DNA from: Coraliomargaritaceae bacterium
GTDB taxonomy: Bacteria > Verrucomicrobiota > Verrucomicrobiia > Opitutales > Coraliomargaritaceae
Length of the DNA: 64,000 nucleotides
NCBI GenBank assembly: GCA_965656495.1
Contig: CBFHKU010000004.1
Coordinates: 35,702 to 99,701, forward strand
Direction of reading: 5' to 3'
Under the pieces are notes generated by a model. That model searched no databases. It was not told the origin of the DNA and worked only from the letters and a program-made list of their open reading frames with translations. Position numbers and translations under genes: made by a program. This document shows, piece after piece, positions 1-9,297 of the stretch. The first letter of the stretch is position 1, and each line of letters opens with the position of its first letter.

Positions 1-476
1 TTATTCTCCGGCAGGAGGTAAATCTTGAAATCACTCGGACGAAAAAATTCACTCCACGAAGCAGTGCTATCATTCCAATCATGATAGATTTTTCCATTAC
101 CGAGAGCGGTATATCCGGAACGCCGCAACCAGGTCGGGATGTCCGGAATCCCGGCGGCATCCTTGTCGGCACGGGTGTAGTAGGTCACGAAACGATCGGC
201 AGTGGGATACATTCCGGTCATCAAGCTCGCACGGGAAGCCCCACAGACCGGCACTTGGCAATAGGCACGCTCAAAAACCGTGCCCGATTCCGCGAGGCGA
301 TCGATGTTCGGCGAGAGCGCTACTTCGCTGCCGTAACACCCAAGCTCGGGCCGCAGATCATCCACCGCAATGAACAAAATATTGGGCTGCTCCCCTCCAA
401 ACAAACCCAGGGGTGCGCATATCGCGAGTGAAGTGAGAATCAGAAAGAAGCGTTTGCGTAGGGTATTTATAATCAT
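1..476 (-). CDS. S1-family sulfatase, 3' end cut by window edge
   Basis: Reverse-strand ORF runs off the window start, so it is absent from the ORF track. ATG at 476-474. Reads MIINTLRKRFFLILTSLAICAPLG...NILFIAVDDLRPELGCYG...CQVPVCGASRASLMTG, co-linear with the N-terminus of the sulfatase at 583-2286. Confidence 0.85.
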   Translation of the reverse strand, partial: MIINTLRKRFFLILTSLAICAPLGLFGGEQPNILFIAVDDLRPELGCYGSEVALSPNIDRLAESGTVFERAYCQVPVCGASRASLMTGMYPTADRFVTYYTRADKDAAGIPDIPTWLRRSGYTALGNGKIYHDWNDSTASWSEFFRPSDFKIYLLPEN

Positions 477-582
477 TGGTGACAGCAGTATTAATCCTTC
501 AATTTAGAGAAAATCAAAAGGTTCGTAAATGGTAAGCTTTGATGCTGTAATACAAATCACCGAAACTCAATGCCCGCCTCCA

Positions 583-2286
583 TTAAGGGGCGCCCTCCAC
601 TACCACTTTCATTGTCGCTTCAACCGGTTCGTTGACCCCATCGGAGACTGTTACCTTTAAAATATTCTCTCCGACATCCCCGGCGCCCGGCGTGCCCTGA
701 AATCGCCCATAACCGGTGTTGGTCAACTCAATCCATTCGGGCCCCGAAACCTTCGCATAGACGAGTCCATCCTCCTCGGGATCACTGGCGCGGAAATTGA
801 CATAGGTACTGTAGGCTTCGCCGACCTTGGCAGGTTTCTGTGAGAAGGTACCCGGTCGCCAGGTGGGCGGCTTGTTGTTATTGATCATTTCACTGCCAAA
901 GACCGAGGCGGCGTAGGCGTCATCCGCCTCGCGAACCTTTTGACGGTGGGTTTTCAAGAGCGCGGAAATCTTGCTCAGGACCGCTGCATATTTGGGGTCG
1001 TCGACCCGGTTGATATTCTCATCGATGTCAATGCGGTGATTGTAAAGCATGCGTCCCCCACTCCGCCATTCGGCGTAGCTCAAGTTACGGGTTTTGACGG
1101 CCTCCCCGCTGTGGTAACGACTGTACACTGCCATCTTGAAGGGCGCCTCCGGATTTTCGAGAAGGGGCCTCAGGCTTCTGCCCTGCAGGTGTGCGGGCGC
1201 TTCGATGCCCGCGAGATCGCAGAGGGTTGGGTAAATATCGACAAACTCGACCAGGGAATTTGATTTTTGCCCGCCCTTATAACCCGGAGCGCTGACGATC
1301 AGGGGCGCGTTCAGGGAAGTCCTGAAGAGCGCATGCTTGCACCAGAGGGTATGCTCGCCCAATTGCCAGCCATGATCGCCCCACAAGATGACGATGGTGT
1401 TGTCTGCCATCTCAAGACGTTCCAACGCATCGAGCACTTTTCCAATCATGGCATCGGCATAGGAAACGGTGGCATAGTAACCGTGAATGAGATGGAGGGC
1501 GAGCGCATCGGAAACAGGCCCCTCCTGCGGCACGCCACCGTATTGACCCCGCAATTCATTCCACTGGTGCATCGCCTCGCGCGGCGCACCCTCCGGAACG
1601 AAGTAATTATCCGGCAGGGAAAAATCCTCCCGTTGATAAAGATCCCAATATTTAGAGGGGGCATTAAAGGGCAGGTGCGGCTTGGTGAAACCTGCCGTGA
1701 TAAAGAAAGGGGTACCCGCAGCCTTGGCGCGCTCGAGGTCGCGAATCACCTTGTCCGCGATTTCACCGTCGGGATAGGCATTGTCGGGAACATCCGCTTT
1801 TTCGAAGGGCGGTTGTTGGTTATTGGGCAGCTTGATATTTTCCGCCAATACATAGCGTCGAAAGGTTCCGGGGTGTTCGATCTCGCTCCAGGAGCGCTTG
1901 AAGTCGTCTTTTTGATGATAGATTTTCCCGTTTGAAATCGTGGTATATCCTTGTTCCTTGAGCCAACCGGGGAGGTCATAAATGCCACGCACTTCCGCAT
2001 CGGCCTTCGTGTGGTAACTCAGGAAACGTTGCGGGGTTGGATAGAGCCCGGTCATCAGACTGGCACGCGAGGCACCGCAAACCGGCACCTGACAATAAGC
2101 TTCCTTAAAAACCGTGCCACTCGCTGCGAGGCGGTCGATGTGGGGCGAAACGATCTTGGTGTTGCCATAGCAACCCAACTCGGGCCGCAGGTCATCCACC
2201 GCGATAAAAAGAATATGCGGTTTTTCGGCAAGGCTTAGACTAGTGATCAGTAAACTGACCCATGCGATGAGAAGCGTGGATTTCAT
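583..2286 (-). CDS. S1-family sulfatase (iduronate-2-sulfatase-like) with C-terminal Ig-like/beta-sandwich extension
   Basis: 567-aa ORF with signal peptide MKSTLLIAWVSLLITSLSLA. Has FIAVDDLRPELGCYG and the C-x-A-x-R formylglycine motif (VCGASRASLMTG). The extra C-terminal segment YAKVSGPEWIELTNTGYGRFQGTPGAGDVGENILKVTVSDG looks like a putative-Ig/cadherin-like repeat. Confidence 0.9.
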   Translation of the reverse strand: MKSTLLIAWVSLLITSLSLAEKPHILFIAVDDLRPELGCYGNTKIVSPHIDRLAASGTVFKEAYCQVPVCGASRASLMTGLYPTPQRFLSYHTKADAEVRGIYDLPGWLKEQGYTTISNGKIYHQKDDFKRSWSEIEHPGTFRRYVLAENIKLPNNQQPPFEKADVPDNAYPDGEIADKVIRDLERAKAAGTPFFITAGFTKPHLPFNAPSKYWDLYQREDFSLPDNYFVPEGAPREAMHQWNELRGQYGGVPQEGPVSDALALHLIHGYYATVSYADAMIGKVLDALERLEMADNTIVILWGDHGWQLGEHTLWCKHALFRTSLNAPLIVSAPGYKGGQKSNSLVEFVDIYPTLCDLAGIEAPAHLQGRSLRPLLENPEAPFKMAVYSRYHSGEAVKTRNLSYAEWRSGGRMLYNHRIDIDENINRVDDPKYAAVLSKISALLKTHRQKVREADDAYAASVFGSEMINNNKPPTWRPGTFSQKPAKVGEAYSTYVNFRASDPEEDGLVYAKVSGPEWIELTNTGYGRFQGTPGAGDVGENILKVTVSDGVNEPVEATMKVVVEGAP

Positions 2287-2313
2287 TATTTGTTTCAGGG
2301 ATTCGTATTTTAA

Positions 2314-3774
2314 TCAATCGGCGTAAATCTTTTGGACGAGTTTTCCGGTATCGAGGAAATGCTTGTAGGGCATGCGGTCATAACTGCGGATTTCCGCCGC
2401 CACTTTGGGGTCGGCGCGATCGGGCCAGGGATTCTTTTTGAGGATTGCCATGATTTCGGCATGCGCAGCGCGTTCCTCTTCGGTTTTCGCATCGCCCACC
2501 AAAGTGTAGCGCGAGCGGCGGTAATCCCCGTTGGTGCGATAGAGACGTCCCTCGCCTGAACCGTAAACCGGATCGACTGCCTCCAACATCCAGTCCTTGG
2601 TACGCGCCATGCGGGCAGTTGCGATGTAACTCATAATCCATTCACGGTGTGTCGCTTTCGCCCCGCTCAAAAAAGGACGGAGGCTTTTACCGTCAAGGGC
2701 GTGACCACTTGGTAATCGCACACCGGCGTAATCAATTAGAGTTGGGAAAATATCGGAGAACTCAACCAGCTCGCCACTGGAACCACGGGGCTTCACCAGC
2801 CCCGGCCCATCGATAATGAGCGGAACCCGCGGTCCGTCCTCGGTGGCGTGCATCTTCATCCCGTCTTTTGAATCACCGTTGTCCGCCGTAAAAATAACGA
2901 TGGTGTTGTCCCGCACCCCCGCGTCTTCGAGGGCGTCTACAAGGCGCCCCATTGTCGCATCAATATATCGAAACATATCCCCTAAACTGCCGCCTTTATT
3001 TGTGCCGGGGCGACCGCGAAACGGCATGGTCGGCAATCCGCCACCCGCAATGTCGTGCACGAGGTTCAGCGGATAATACGCCAGGAAAGGCTGATCCCGT
3101 TCGCGCTTGATAAAATCGACGAGGTAATCGGTGAAAATGTCCGGCCCGAAATCTTCGGGACCGGTTTCCTTTAAGCGCCCGTTTTCAATGACACAGGGAT
3201 GCCAGTAGCGCGAGGGAATGCGCGGGGCGTTGGGAAAATTATACCGGCCCTCGTAAAGACCGCTAAAGACTTCGCCGGCGGGGATCGCGCTCGGATGATC
3301 GGCGCGATGACAAAATTCATCGAAACCGACTGTGCCATCGACCTGCCCGCCCAGCGCCATATTGTTCCCAACCAAAACGGTACGGTAGCCGTTGTCGCGC
3401 AAGGCCTGGGCAAAGGTCAGGTGACGGGTGGTCCAGTTGTAGCGGTCGCTGCTTTTTTCATTGATGCGCAAGTCATTGTGCCAAACCCCGGTTCGGGAGG
3501 CATAGCGCCCGGTCGTCAGGAGGGCGCGCGAGGAGGAACACATCGGGGTTGCCCAGGCAGTCCGAAACATGACCCCGCTTTCCGCGAGCGCATCGATGTG
3601 TGGGGTCTCCGCCGCGCTGGCATCATAACAACTGAAATTGCGGGGACTGAGATCATCGACCACCACGATTAAAAAATTGGGGCGGCTTTCCGTGGCACCG
3701 ACCGGCGCGAGACACCACAAAACCGCAACGATAAGGGCATGGAATACGAGATTTGATTTCATGATTGGGAACAA
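2314..3774 (-). CDS. S1-family sulfatase (arylsulfatase-like)
   Basis: 486-aa ORF with signal peptide. Has NFLIVVVDDLS, PMCSSSRALLTTGRY at the formylglycine site position, and FTADNGD later. Lies 27 bp upstream of the next sulfatase. Confidence 0.9.
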   Translation of the reverse strand: MFPIMKSNLVFHALIVAVLWCLAPVGATESRPNFLIVVVDDLSPRNFSCYDASAAETPHIDALAESGVMFRTAWATPMCSSSRALLTTGRYASRTGVWHNDLRINEKSSDRYNWTTRHLTFAQALRDNGYRTVLVGNNMALGGQVDGTVGFDEFCHRADHPSAIPAGEVFSGLYEGRYNFPNAPRIPSRYWHPCVIENGRLKETGPEDFGPDIFTDYLVDFIKRERDQPFLAYYPLNLVHDIAGGGLPTMPFRGRPGTNKGGSLGDMFRYIDATMGRLVDALEDAGVRDNTIVIFTADNGDSKDGMKMHATEDGPRVPLIIDGPGLVKPRGSSGELVEFSDIFPTLIDYAGVRLPSGHALDGKSLRPFLSGAKATHREWIMSYIATARMARTKDWMLEAVDPVYGSGEGRLYRTNGDYRRSRYTLVGDAKTEEERAAHAEIMAILKKNPWPDRADPKVAAEIRSYDRMPYKHFLDTGKLVQKIYAD

Positions 3775-3777
3775 GGG

Positions 3778-4962
3778 TTAGTGCTGTGTTTGGCTTGAGA
3801 AATAATCCAAGGCGGCGCGGTTCGCCTCCATGACGGCTTCCTGCAGAACGGGATATGCCGAGCCGTCCTCGCGCAGCATCCCCTGCTTCAAAACACCCTG
3901 GTGTTCATTGAAGCGGTCGATATACTGACAGCGATGATAGCCGATGATGTAGGGCCTGGCACTCGCCTCCGCCAAATAATTGCGATACATCGTCGCGACT
4001 GCTTGCTCGCTCTCTAGTTGCTTCCACATCGTCTTGTCATACTGCGGCGTCGCGAAACTGCATTGATGATCACAAATGAGGATCGGTTTTCCGTATTTCG
4101 CATAGAGCGCATCAAAATATTCTGCCTCAAAACGATCACTGCCGGGCTGAATCGAAAGCACGTCAATATACGGCAAGGCCGCCTCGACCACCACCTCGGG
4201 GTGATCACCCAAAAGATAACGCTCACCAAAAATCAAAACGCCGGGATGCAGACTGCGGGTCGCCTCCCCGATCAATTTATAATGTGCCTGCGCAATGAGC
4301 GCGAGGAATCCCTCGTCCGTGGCAGCTTTGCCCTCGCTCGCACAGTCATCGAGATATTGCTCGTAGCGGATGCGACCCGGTGCATTGGCGGGCAGTTCGC
4401 GAATCGCAATTACCCAATTCGTGCCCCGGGTTCGCAGGGAACGCTCCAAGTCCCACTGCGGGGTGTCCGTCCAATAATACCCGATCAGATTGGGATTGCC
4501 GGGATTGCGGCACATCCAGCGCAGTTGCTTCAACTTCTCCGCCTGCACCTTTGGATCAAAGACATCGGGGTAAAAGAATTCCGCATCGGGAAGGAAATTG
4601 GAATTCCGCTCAAGAAAGGAATCCTCCATGTAGGGCATGCGGGGGTAAATTTCCTGCGGCGAACCATAACCGGCGGTGTTGTAATGCCAGCCTTCCAAGT
4701 CTTCAGCCGCGGCTTCTGAATAACGCGACCAGTCACCCCCGTATGCTTCCGCGAAAATATCGGGCTCGGCAGCTTCCTGCACCGCATTGATGTGATTGAT
4801 CCCCAGCGTGAAAAAGGGCTCGCCCTCCGGATCCAGCAAAACGTGGCGCGCGCCTATTTTGTCCAATCGAAAACGGCCCTCCGCGGCAGAATCGGCCGGG
4901 GCGGATGCATTCGCGGATATGATAGCAGCAGTCATGATGGTATTGAATGATTTGGTTTTCAT
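3778..4962 (-). CDS. secreted putative glycoside hydrolase (TIM-barrel-like; family not recognised, resembles proteins annotated agarase-like)
   Basis: 394-aa ORF with an N-terminal signal-like segment. Contains LLDPEGEPFFTLGINHINAV and YYWTDTPQWDL, patterns typical of GH-clan enzymes. Embedded in the sulfatase operon, with a 3-bp gap to the downstream gene and a 4-bp overlap with the upstream gene. Confidence 0.5.
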   Translation of the reverse strand: MKTKSFNTIMTAAIISANASAPADSAAEGRFRLDKIGARHVLLDPEGEPFFTLGINHINAVQEAAEPDIFAEAYGGDWSRYSEAAAEDLEGWHYNTAGYGSPQEIYPRMPYMEDSFLERNSNFLPDAEFFYPDVFDPKVQAEKLKQLRWMCRNPGNPNLIGYYWTDTPQWDLERSLRTRGTNWVIAIRELPANAPGRIRYEQYLDDCASEGKAATDEGFLALIAQAHYKLIGEATRSLHPGVLIFGERYLLGDHPEVVVEAALPYIDVLSIQPGSDRFEAEYFDALYAKYGKPILICDHQCSFATPQYDKTMWKQLESEQAVATMYRNYLAEASARPYIIGYHRCQYIDRFNEHQGVLKQGMLREDGSAYPVLQEAVMEANRAALDYFSSQTQH

Positions 4963-6296
4963 TTAAGACGCGCGGTATCGTGTTGCCGAAGTAGCGTTTC
5001 CATTTTCAGGCGCACTGCCGCAAGCTCGGCTCCGCATTCGGTCGCAGCGAGCGGCTTTTCTTCCAGCTCATCCTGAGCGAGGTCGTAAAAATCGCCATTC
5101 CGGTAAAGTTTGTAGCGCTCATTACGCGCAAAGGATACATCCACAACCCCGGGATATCGCCGCTTCATAAAGTTGGGAATTTCATACCAACAATAGATAA
5201 ACTCGCGGGGCGCGCCCGCCTTGCCCTCCAACTGCGGCAAGAAGCTCTGTCCGTTGAATCGTTCCATCCCAACAGGTTTAACCCCCGCAAGCTCGCAGAA
5301 GGTCGGAAGGAAATCGCTGAAATCCACAAGGTCGGCGCTCACCGCGCCCTGCACCACCCCAGGACCGGCAACCACTAGTGGTACGTGCGTGCCGGCATTG
5401 GTGGTCTCGCCCTTCCCGCCGCGCACCTTGCGTCCCTTGATTTCCGAGACGGTATTGCCCAGGCTACCGTTGTCGGATGTGAAGAAAATATAAGTCTGCT
5501 CACTCAAACCCGCCGCCGCGACCTGCGCCATCACGCGACCCACCATTTTGTCCGTATATCGCACCATATCGTCAAAATACTCGGGATCCATGCTCCCGCG
5601 TTTCGCGCCGGGGCTCTCGGGGTTCCAGTCCTCCGAGTCCGGATTCGGGACAAAAGGCGAGTGCGGCAAGAGCATGGGATAGTAAACCAGGAAGGGTTCG
5701 TCCTTGTGCGCCTCGATGAATTCCCCGATGAAATCGACGATCAAGTCCGGCCCAAATTCACCGTTGCGATAATCCAGCTCCACTCCGTTCCGTTCCAGTT
5801 GAGGATTCTCATACCGCGTATCGGTCCCGGTCGCATTGCTGAAGTTACTGCGCGTGTGCTGCCAAAGCAGGGACGACTCAAAACCAAAATGTTGCGGCGC
5901 ATCACGCGTTTGCCCCAATTGCCATTTGCCCGCGATACAGGTGGCGTAGCCAGCATCCCGCAAAAGATGCGCAAAGGTGGTCTCCCCGCGTTTCAGCTGC
6001 GCAAATCGCGTGTAATTATAAACATTATAACGACCCGTCATGATCTGCACCCGCGAGGGCGTGCACGCCGGATTCGAATAACAATGCTCAAAACACAGCC
6101 CCCGCTCCGCCAAGCGGTCAATATTCGGAGTGGAATAGGATGTCCCCCCGTTGGCGCCAATACATTCATACCCCATATCATCCGCCATTATGAGGATGAT
6201 ATTCGGAGGACGCTCAGCGCCAGCCGCGCCAGCCGCGATCAAAACGGCTCCTATGAAAAGAACCATCCGCATCAAAAATATCCAAATCTGTTTCAT
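4959..6296 (-). CDS. S1-family sulfatase
   Basis: The ORF track gives 4959-6368. The likely start is the internal MKQIWIFLMRMVLFIGAVLIAAGAAGA signal peptide (ATG at 6296-6294), which forms an ATGA overlap with the stop of the upstream gene. Has canonical IILIMADDMGYE and CTPSRVQIMTGR. Confidence 0.9.
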   Translation of the reverse strand: MKQIWIFLMRMVLFIGAVLIAAGAAGAERPPNIILIMADDMGYECIGANGGTSYSTPNIDRLAERGLCFEHCYSNPACTPSRVQIMTGRYNVYNYTRFAQLKRGETTFAHLLRDAGYATCIAGKWQLGQTRDAPQHFGFESSLLWQHTRSNFSNATGTDTRYENPQLERNGVELDYRNGEFGPDLIVDFIGEFIEAHKDEPFLVYYPMLLPHSPFVPNPDSEDWNPESPGAKRGSMDPEYFDDMVRYTDKMVGRVMAQVAAAGLSEQTYIFFTSDNGSLGNTVSEIKGRKVRGGKGETTNAGTHVPLVVAGPGVVQGAVSADLVDFSDFLPTFCELAGVKPVGMERFNGQSFLPQLEGKAGAPREFIYCWYEIPNFMKRRYPGVVDVSFARNERYKLYRNGDFYDLAQDELEEKPLAATECGAELAAVRLKMETLLRQHDTARLK

Positions 6297-8299
6297 TCGT
6301 AGTGTAGCGCGACCGCGCAGTGACAGGAAAATTGAGGAATCACAACCGAACCGCAGTCCCCCTCCCACGTAATCGGGAGATCAATTCCGTCCGGAACGAG
6401 CCTCGCGTGCGTGATCTTTTCGGGCAAATCAAACCGCAGCGGCACCTCGTGGAGCGGCGGCATGTCTTCAATGATTTCACAATTCCCACGCCGCATCGGC
6501 GGAGCGTAAAGCAAATGCGCGACATAACGCCCCTCCCCCGCTTGATGCAGAAAGGTTAGACGCCCCGCGCTCGGGAGCTTTGCTGCTACCATTGGACGCC
6601 TTCGCAAGCGCTGCAAAACATTGTAGAACAAGTCGCGGTGCAGTCGCGCTCCGTGCTTGAGATACATCCAGTCCAATTCCGGAACAATCGTGATTATATT
6701 TCCCTTGCGAATGATCGCGGGATGCTCGGCCGGTTCCAACCGATGCGGAGTGTTCTGATGCGAGCAATAATGCTCTGCAGTACGGCTGAAAAAAGGCTCG
6801 TGAAGCTGCGCCAAAACTTCTGCATCTGCATGCGCTTTAAAACGCCGCGCCGGTTTATAATTCAAGAACGGGCTAGCCACCAGACCCTCCGCCAAAGTAC
6901 CCTCCACTGAGAGGTAATCCCGGTCGTAGTTCGCCTCACCTAAATAATCCGCACCGATATCGAGCAAGACCTTGCCTTCCGCATCCAGCGCCCCGCTCCC
7001 CAATACCAGCAAATTGCCCCCCGCCTTCGCAAAGGCGTTCAGGCGGTCGGCCGTCGCCGCATCGAGGCAAGCCGCGCCGGGAATCAGAATGCATTCGTAT
7101 GCACGCAGGTCTTTCGAAAAATTCGCGACCTCGAAGTTGATCTGTTTATCGAGCAGCATTTTGGCAAGGCCCTCGTCATGCGCGGCGCTGAAGCTGCGCC
7201 AAAAACCCAATCGCGCGACCGGTTGCCCACCGATCCCGTAAGCCTCGATTTCCTTAACATAGGCATAGGCTTCCCCGATGTTACGATACGTCGCTGAATC
7301 CATTTTCCCACTTGGATGCAACTGGTCGCCAAAATTACAAGCGGCACCCCAGGCGATCATCGAGGCGGCCTCATAACGCAAGGCCTCGGGGTGCTTGAAG
7401 CCGCCAAACTCCCCCCACGCGGTGTGGAATTTGCCACTCATCGCGGTTATGCCATAGCCAGCCTGCAGGAAGTATTTCGATTGCAGCGGCAATTTATCAT
7501 ACCCGCCCCAAACCGTGGGCAAGTCTTCCAAATCCTGCACGGTGTTGCTTCCAAACATCCGGTGCCGAAAATTCGCGCCGCTCTCAATCGCTGTGGTTCC
7601 GTTAAAGAAAACCTGCGCGGTGGGATGATACCGCGAAATCAATTCCCGCAGTGCCTTGCAATGCCCTTGCATCGTATCGGCAGTGAACCCTTCAACCGCA
7701 GACGCATCCTCGAAATCAATGCCTGCCGCTATCATATCGCGGCGACAGGATTCGCAAAAACAATGCCGCTCCACCTGATAAATATCGAACCAGAAGCCAT
7801 CGCTGACATAGCGTTCACAGAGTTCCTCAACCTGCGCCATAATGTGCTCGTGATAAGCGGTGTTGGCGCAGAGAAACTTCCAGTAAAAATCCGGCAGCGG
7901 ATCCTCCGCCTTGGCGTCCCCGGAACGGCTTCCGCTCGTGACATACTGGCCCTCCCGGTCGCGCACGCACCATTCGGGGTGCGCCTCCGCGTCATTCGCA
8001 GACCATCCAAAGGTGTAATAGATCTGGGTCCTGACCCCGATCTCACGACAGGCTTCCAGTTGCGCACCCAGCAAATCAAAATCGAGGTTCGGGTGCATCC
8101 GCCCCACTTTGGTTGGATAGTAGCTCCAACTGTGATGACATTTCGCAAATAGATTGATCGAATCAATATGCCCCACGCGCAGGGCCGCTTGAAAATCCTC
8201 TTTCTTAAATCCCCTCCCAATCTCCATCAAATGCTCGGAGGTGTGAAAATCCAAATGCACTTGGCGGCGACCGGGAGGATATTTTGAAGGGGTTTGCAT
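6293..8299 (-). CDS. GHL6-like / beta-galactosidase-trimerisation-domain glycoside hydrolase-like protein (no signal peptide)
   Basis: The ORF is 6293-8347; I favour the start at MQTPSKYPPGRRQVHLDFHTSE (8299). HLDFHTSE...INLFAKCHHSWSYYPTKVGRMHP is the pattern I recall for hypothetical glycosyl hydrolase family 6 proteins. It is the first gene of the sulfatase operon. Confidence 0.6.
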   Translation of the reverse strand: MQTPSKYPPGRRQVHLDFHTSEHLMEIGRGFKKEDFQAALRVGHIDSINLFAKCHHSWSYYPTKVGRMHPNLDFDLLGAQLEACREIGVRTQIYYTFGWSANDAEAHPEWCVRDREGQYVTSGSRSGDAKAEDPLPDFYWKFLCANTAYHEHIMAQVEELCERYVSDGFWFDIYQVERHCFCESCRRDMIAAGIDFEDASAVEGFTADTMQGHCKALRELISRYHPTAQVFFNGTTAIESGANFRHRMFGSNTVQDLEDLPTVWGGYDKLPLQSKYFLQAGYGITAMSGKFHTAWGEFGGFKHPEALRYEAASMIAWGAACNFGDQLHPSGKMDSATYRNIGEAYAYVKEIEAYGIGGQPVARLGFWRSFSAAHDEGLAKMLLDKQINFEVANFSKDLRAYECILIPGAACLDAATADRLNAFAKAGGNLLVLGSGALDAEGKVLLDIGADYLGEANYDRDYLSVEGTLAEGLVASPFLNYKPARRFKAHADAEVLAQLHEPFFSRTAEHYCSHQNTPHRLEPAEHPAIIRKGNIITIVPELDWMYLKHGARLHRDLFYNVLQRLRRRPMVAAKLPSAGRLTFLHQAGEGRYVAHLLYAPPMRRGNCEIIEDMPPLHEVPLRFDLPEKITHARLVPDGIDLPITWEGDCGSVVIPQFSCHCAVALHYE

Positions 8300-8364
8300 C
8301 AATAATGAATATCGCTGAAGCAGATGTAACTCTAAAATATAAGCCAATCAATCTGCCAAAACAA

Positions 8365-8402
8365 GCGACACAAATGAAGCCATCATCCTAAAGGATGAAA
8401 CC
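8365..8402 (-). promoter_or_regulatory. candidate AraC/XylR-type operator: direct repeats ATGAAGCC-N13-ATGAAACC (plus-strand reading)
   Basis: The same two 8-mers at an identical 21-bp spacing, plus a shared ACAAATGAAGCC 12-mer, recur upstream of the GH52 operon (15201-15238). This copy lies upstream of the first gene of the sulfatase operon. Confidence 0.4.
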
Positions 8403-8472
8403 GACTCTACCAAGGGTATAAGTTCCTACCTCGAGGGCTAACAGCAAGCCCGTAGAATCAGAAAGGATGCAC

Positions 8473-9207
8473 CTAAAGCGTTATCTCTGCGGAGGGTGTT
8501 ACAGGCGGTAATTGCATGAACCCCATCTCCTTGATCGTCACCGTGCTTTGTGTTGACCATTTGCTGTCGGTAAAGAACTTGATTTGCGCGATGCTGCTGG
8601 CGTTGAAATCGGAGATGGTCTTAATCGCGGTGCCGTTGACAAAATAAGTGACGGTGTCGTTATCGAGGTCGAAGTCGATGGTGAAACGCATGGGACGGCT
8701 CTCCTTTAGATCCGCCAAATGCCCGGCATAGTCGAAGCCCTTGCCCTGCCAACCGGTCGCGGAGGTCGCGGAAAAGCGGATCTTCGCATCGGTGCCTTTC
8801 TCGGCGTAGAGGTTCAAACCCGTGATACGGCGATTATTGGCACCGGAGACCTCAAAAGCAATCGAGCCGTCATTACTTGGATCGAGACTCCAGGAAGCAA
8901 ATTCTATCACGAGGCGATAACGTCCGCTATTGTAACGAGTCGGGGCATAGTCCTGCGCGGGCACCCGCCGATAAGAACTCCCGGTATTTGACACCACAAA
9001 ATGCCCGAGACCATCGGCTTCCATTCCCTTCACTTTGCCAAAATTCCAATTATTGGCATTGGTACCGCTATTTAGAATACCACCCTTTCCATCGTCAAAT
9101 GAGACACCGGCAGTGTCGGTCTCAAAATTCCAGTATTCGAGTTTGGTTTCCCCAAATGAAAGACCAAACGAAGTGCTCAAAGTTAAAAGAAGTAGTTTCG
9201 CTTTCAT
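8473..9207 (-). CDS. secreted beta-sandwich/lectin-like hypothetical protein
   Basis: 244-aa ORF with signal peptide MKAKLLLLTLSTSFGLSFG. The N-terminal EYWNFETDTAG and overall layout parallel the PEP-CTERM protein next door. No PEP-CTERM tail; the protein ends ...PPVTPSAEITL. Confidence 0.6.
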   Translation of the reverse strand: MKAKLLLLTLSTSFGLSFGETKLEYWNFETDTAGVSFDDGKGGILNSGTNANNWNFGKVKGMEADGLGHFVVSNTGSSYRRVPAQDYAPTRYNSGRYRLVIEFASWSLDPSNDGSIAFEVSGANNRRITGLNLYAEKGTDAKIRFSATSATGWQGKGFDYAGHLADLKESRPMRFTIDFDLDNDTVTYFVNGTAIKTISDFNASSIAQIKFFTDSKWSTQSTVTIKEMGFMQLPPVTPSAEITL

Positions 9208-9246
9208 GAAATCAAAAGAATGAAATTTGTGGTATAATGAGATCTG

Positions 9247-9273
9247 AAAAAAAAAGCGCAGCCTAAGCCGCGC
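9247..9273 (-). terminator. rho-independent terminator of the 9298-10233 gene
   Basis: On the minus strand: GCGCGGC-TTAG-GCTGCGC stem (7 bp with one G-U pair) followed by T9. Sits 25 bp downstream of the stop codon. Confidence 0.6.
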
Positions 9274-9297
9274 CGTGATTTAGTGATTTCCAATAGA

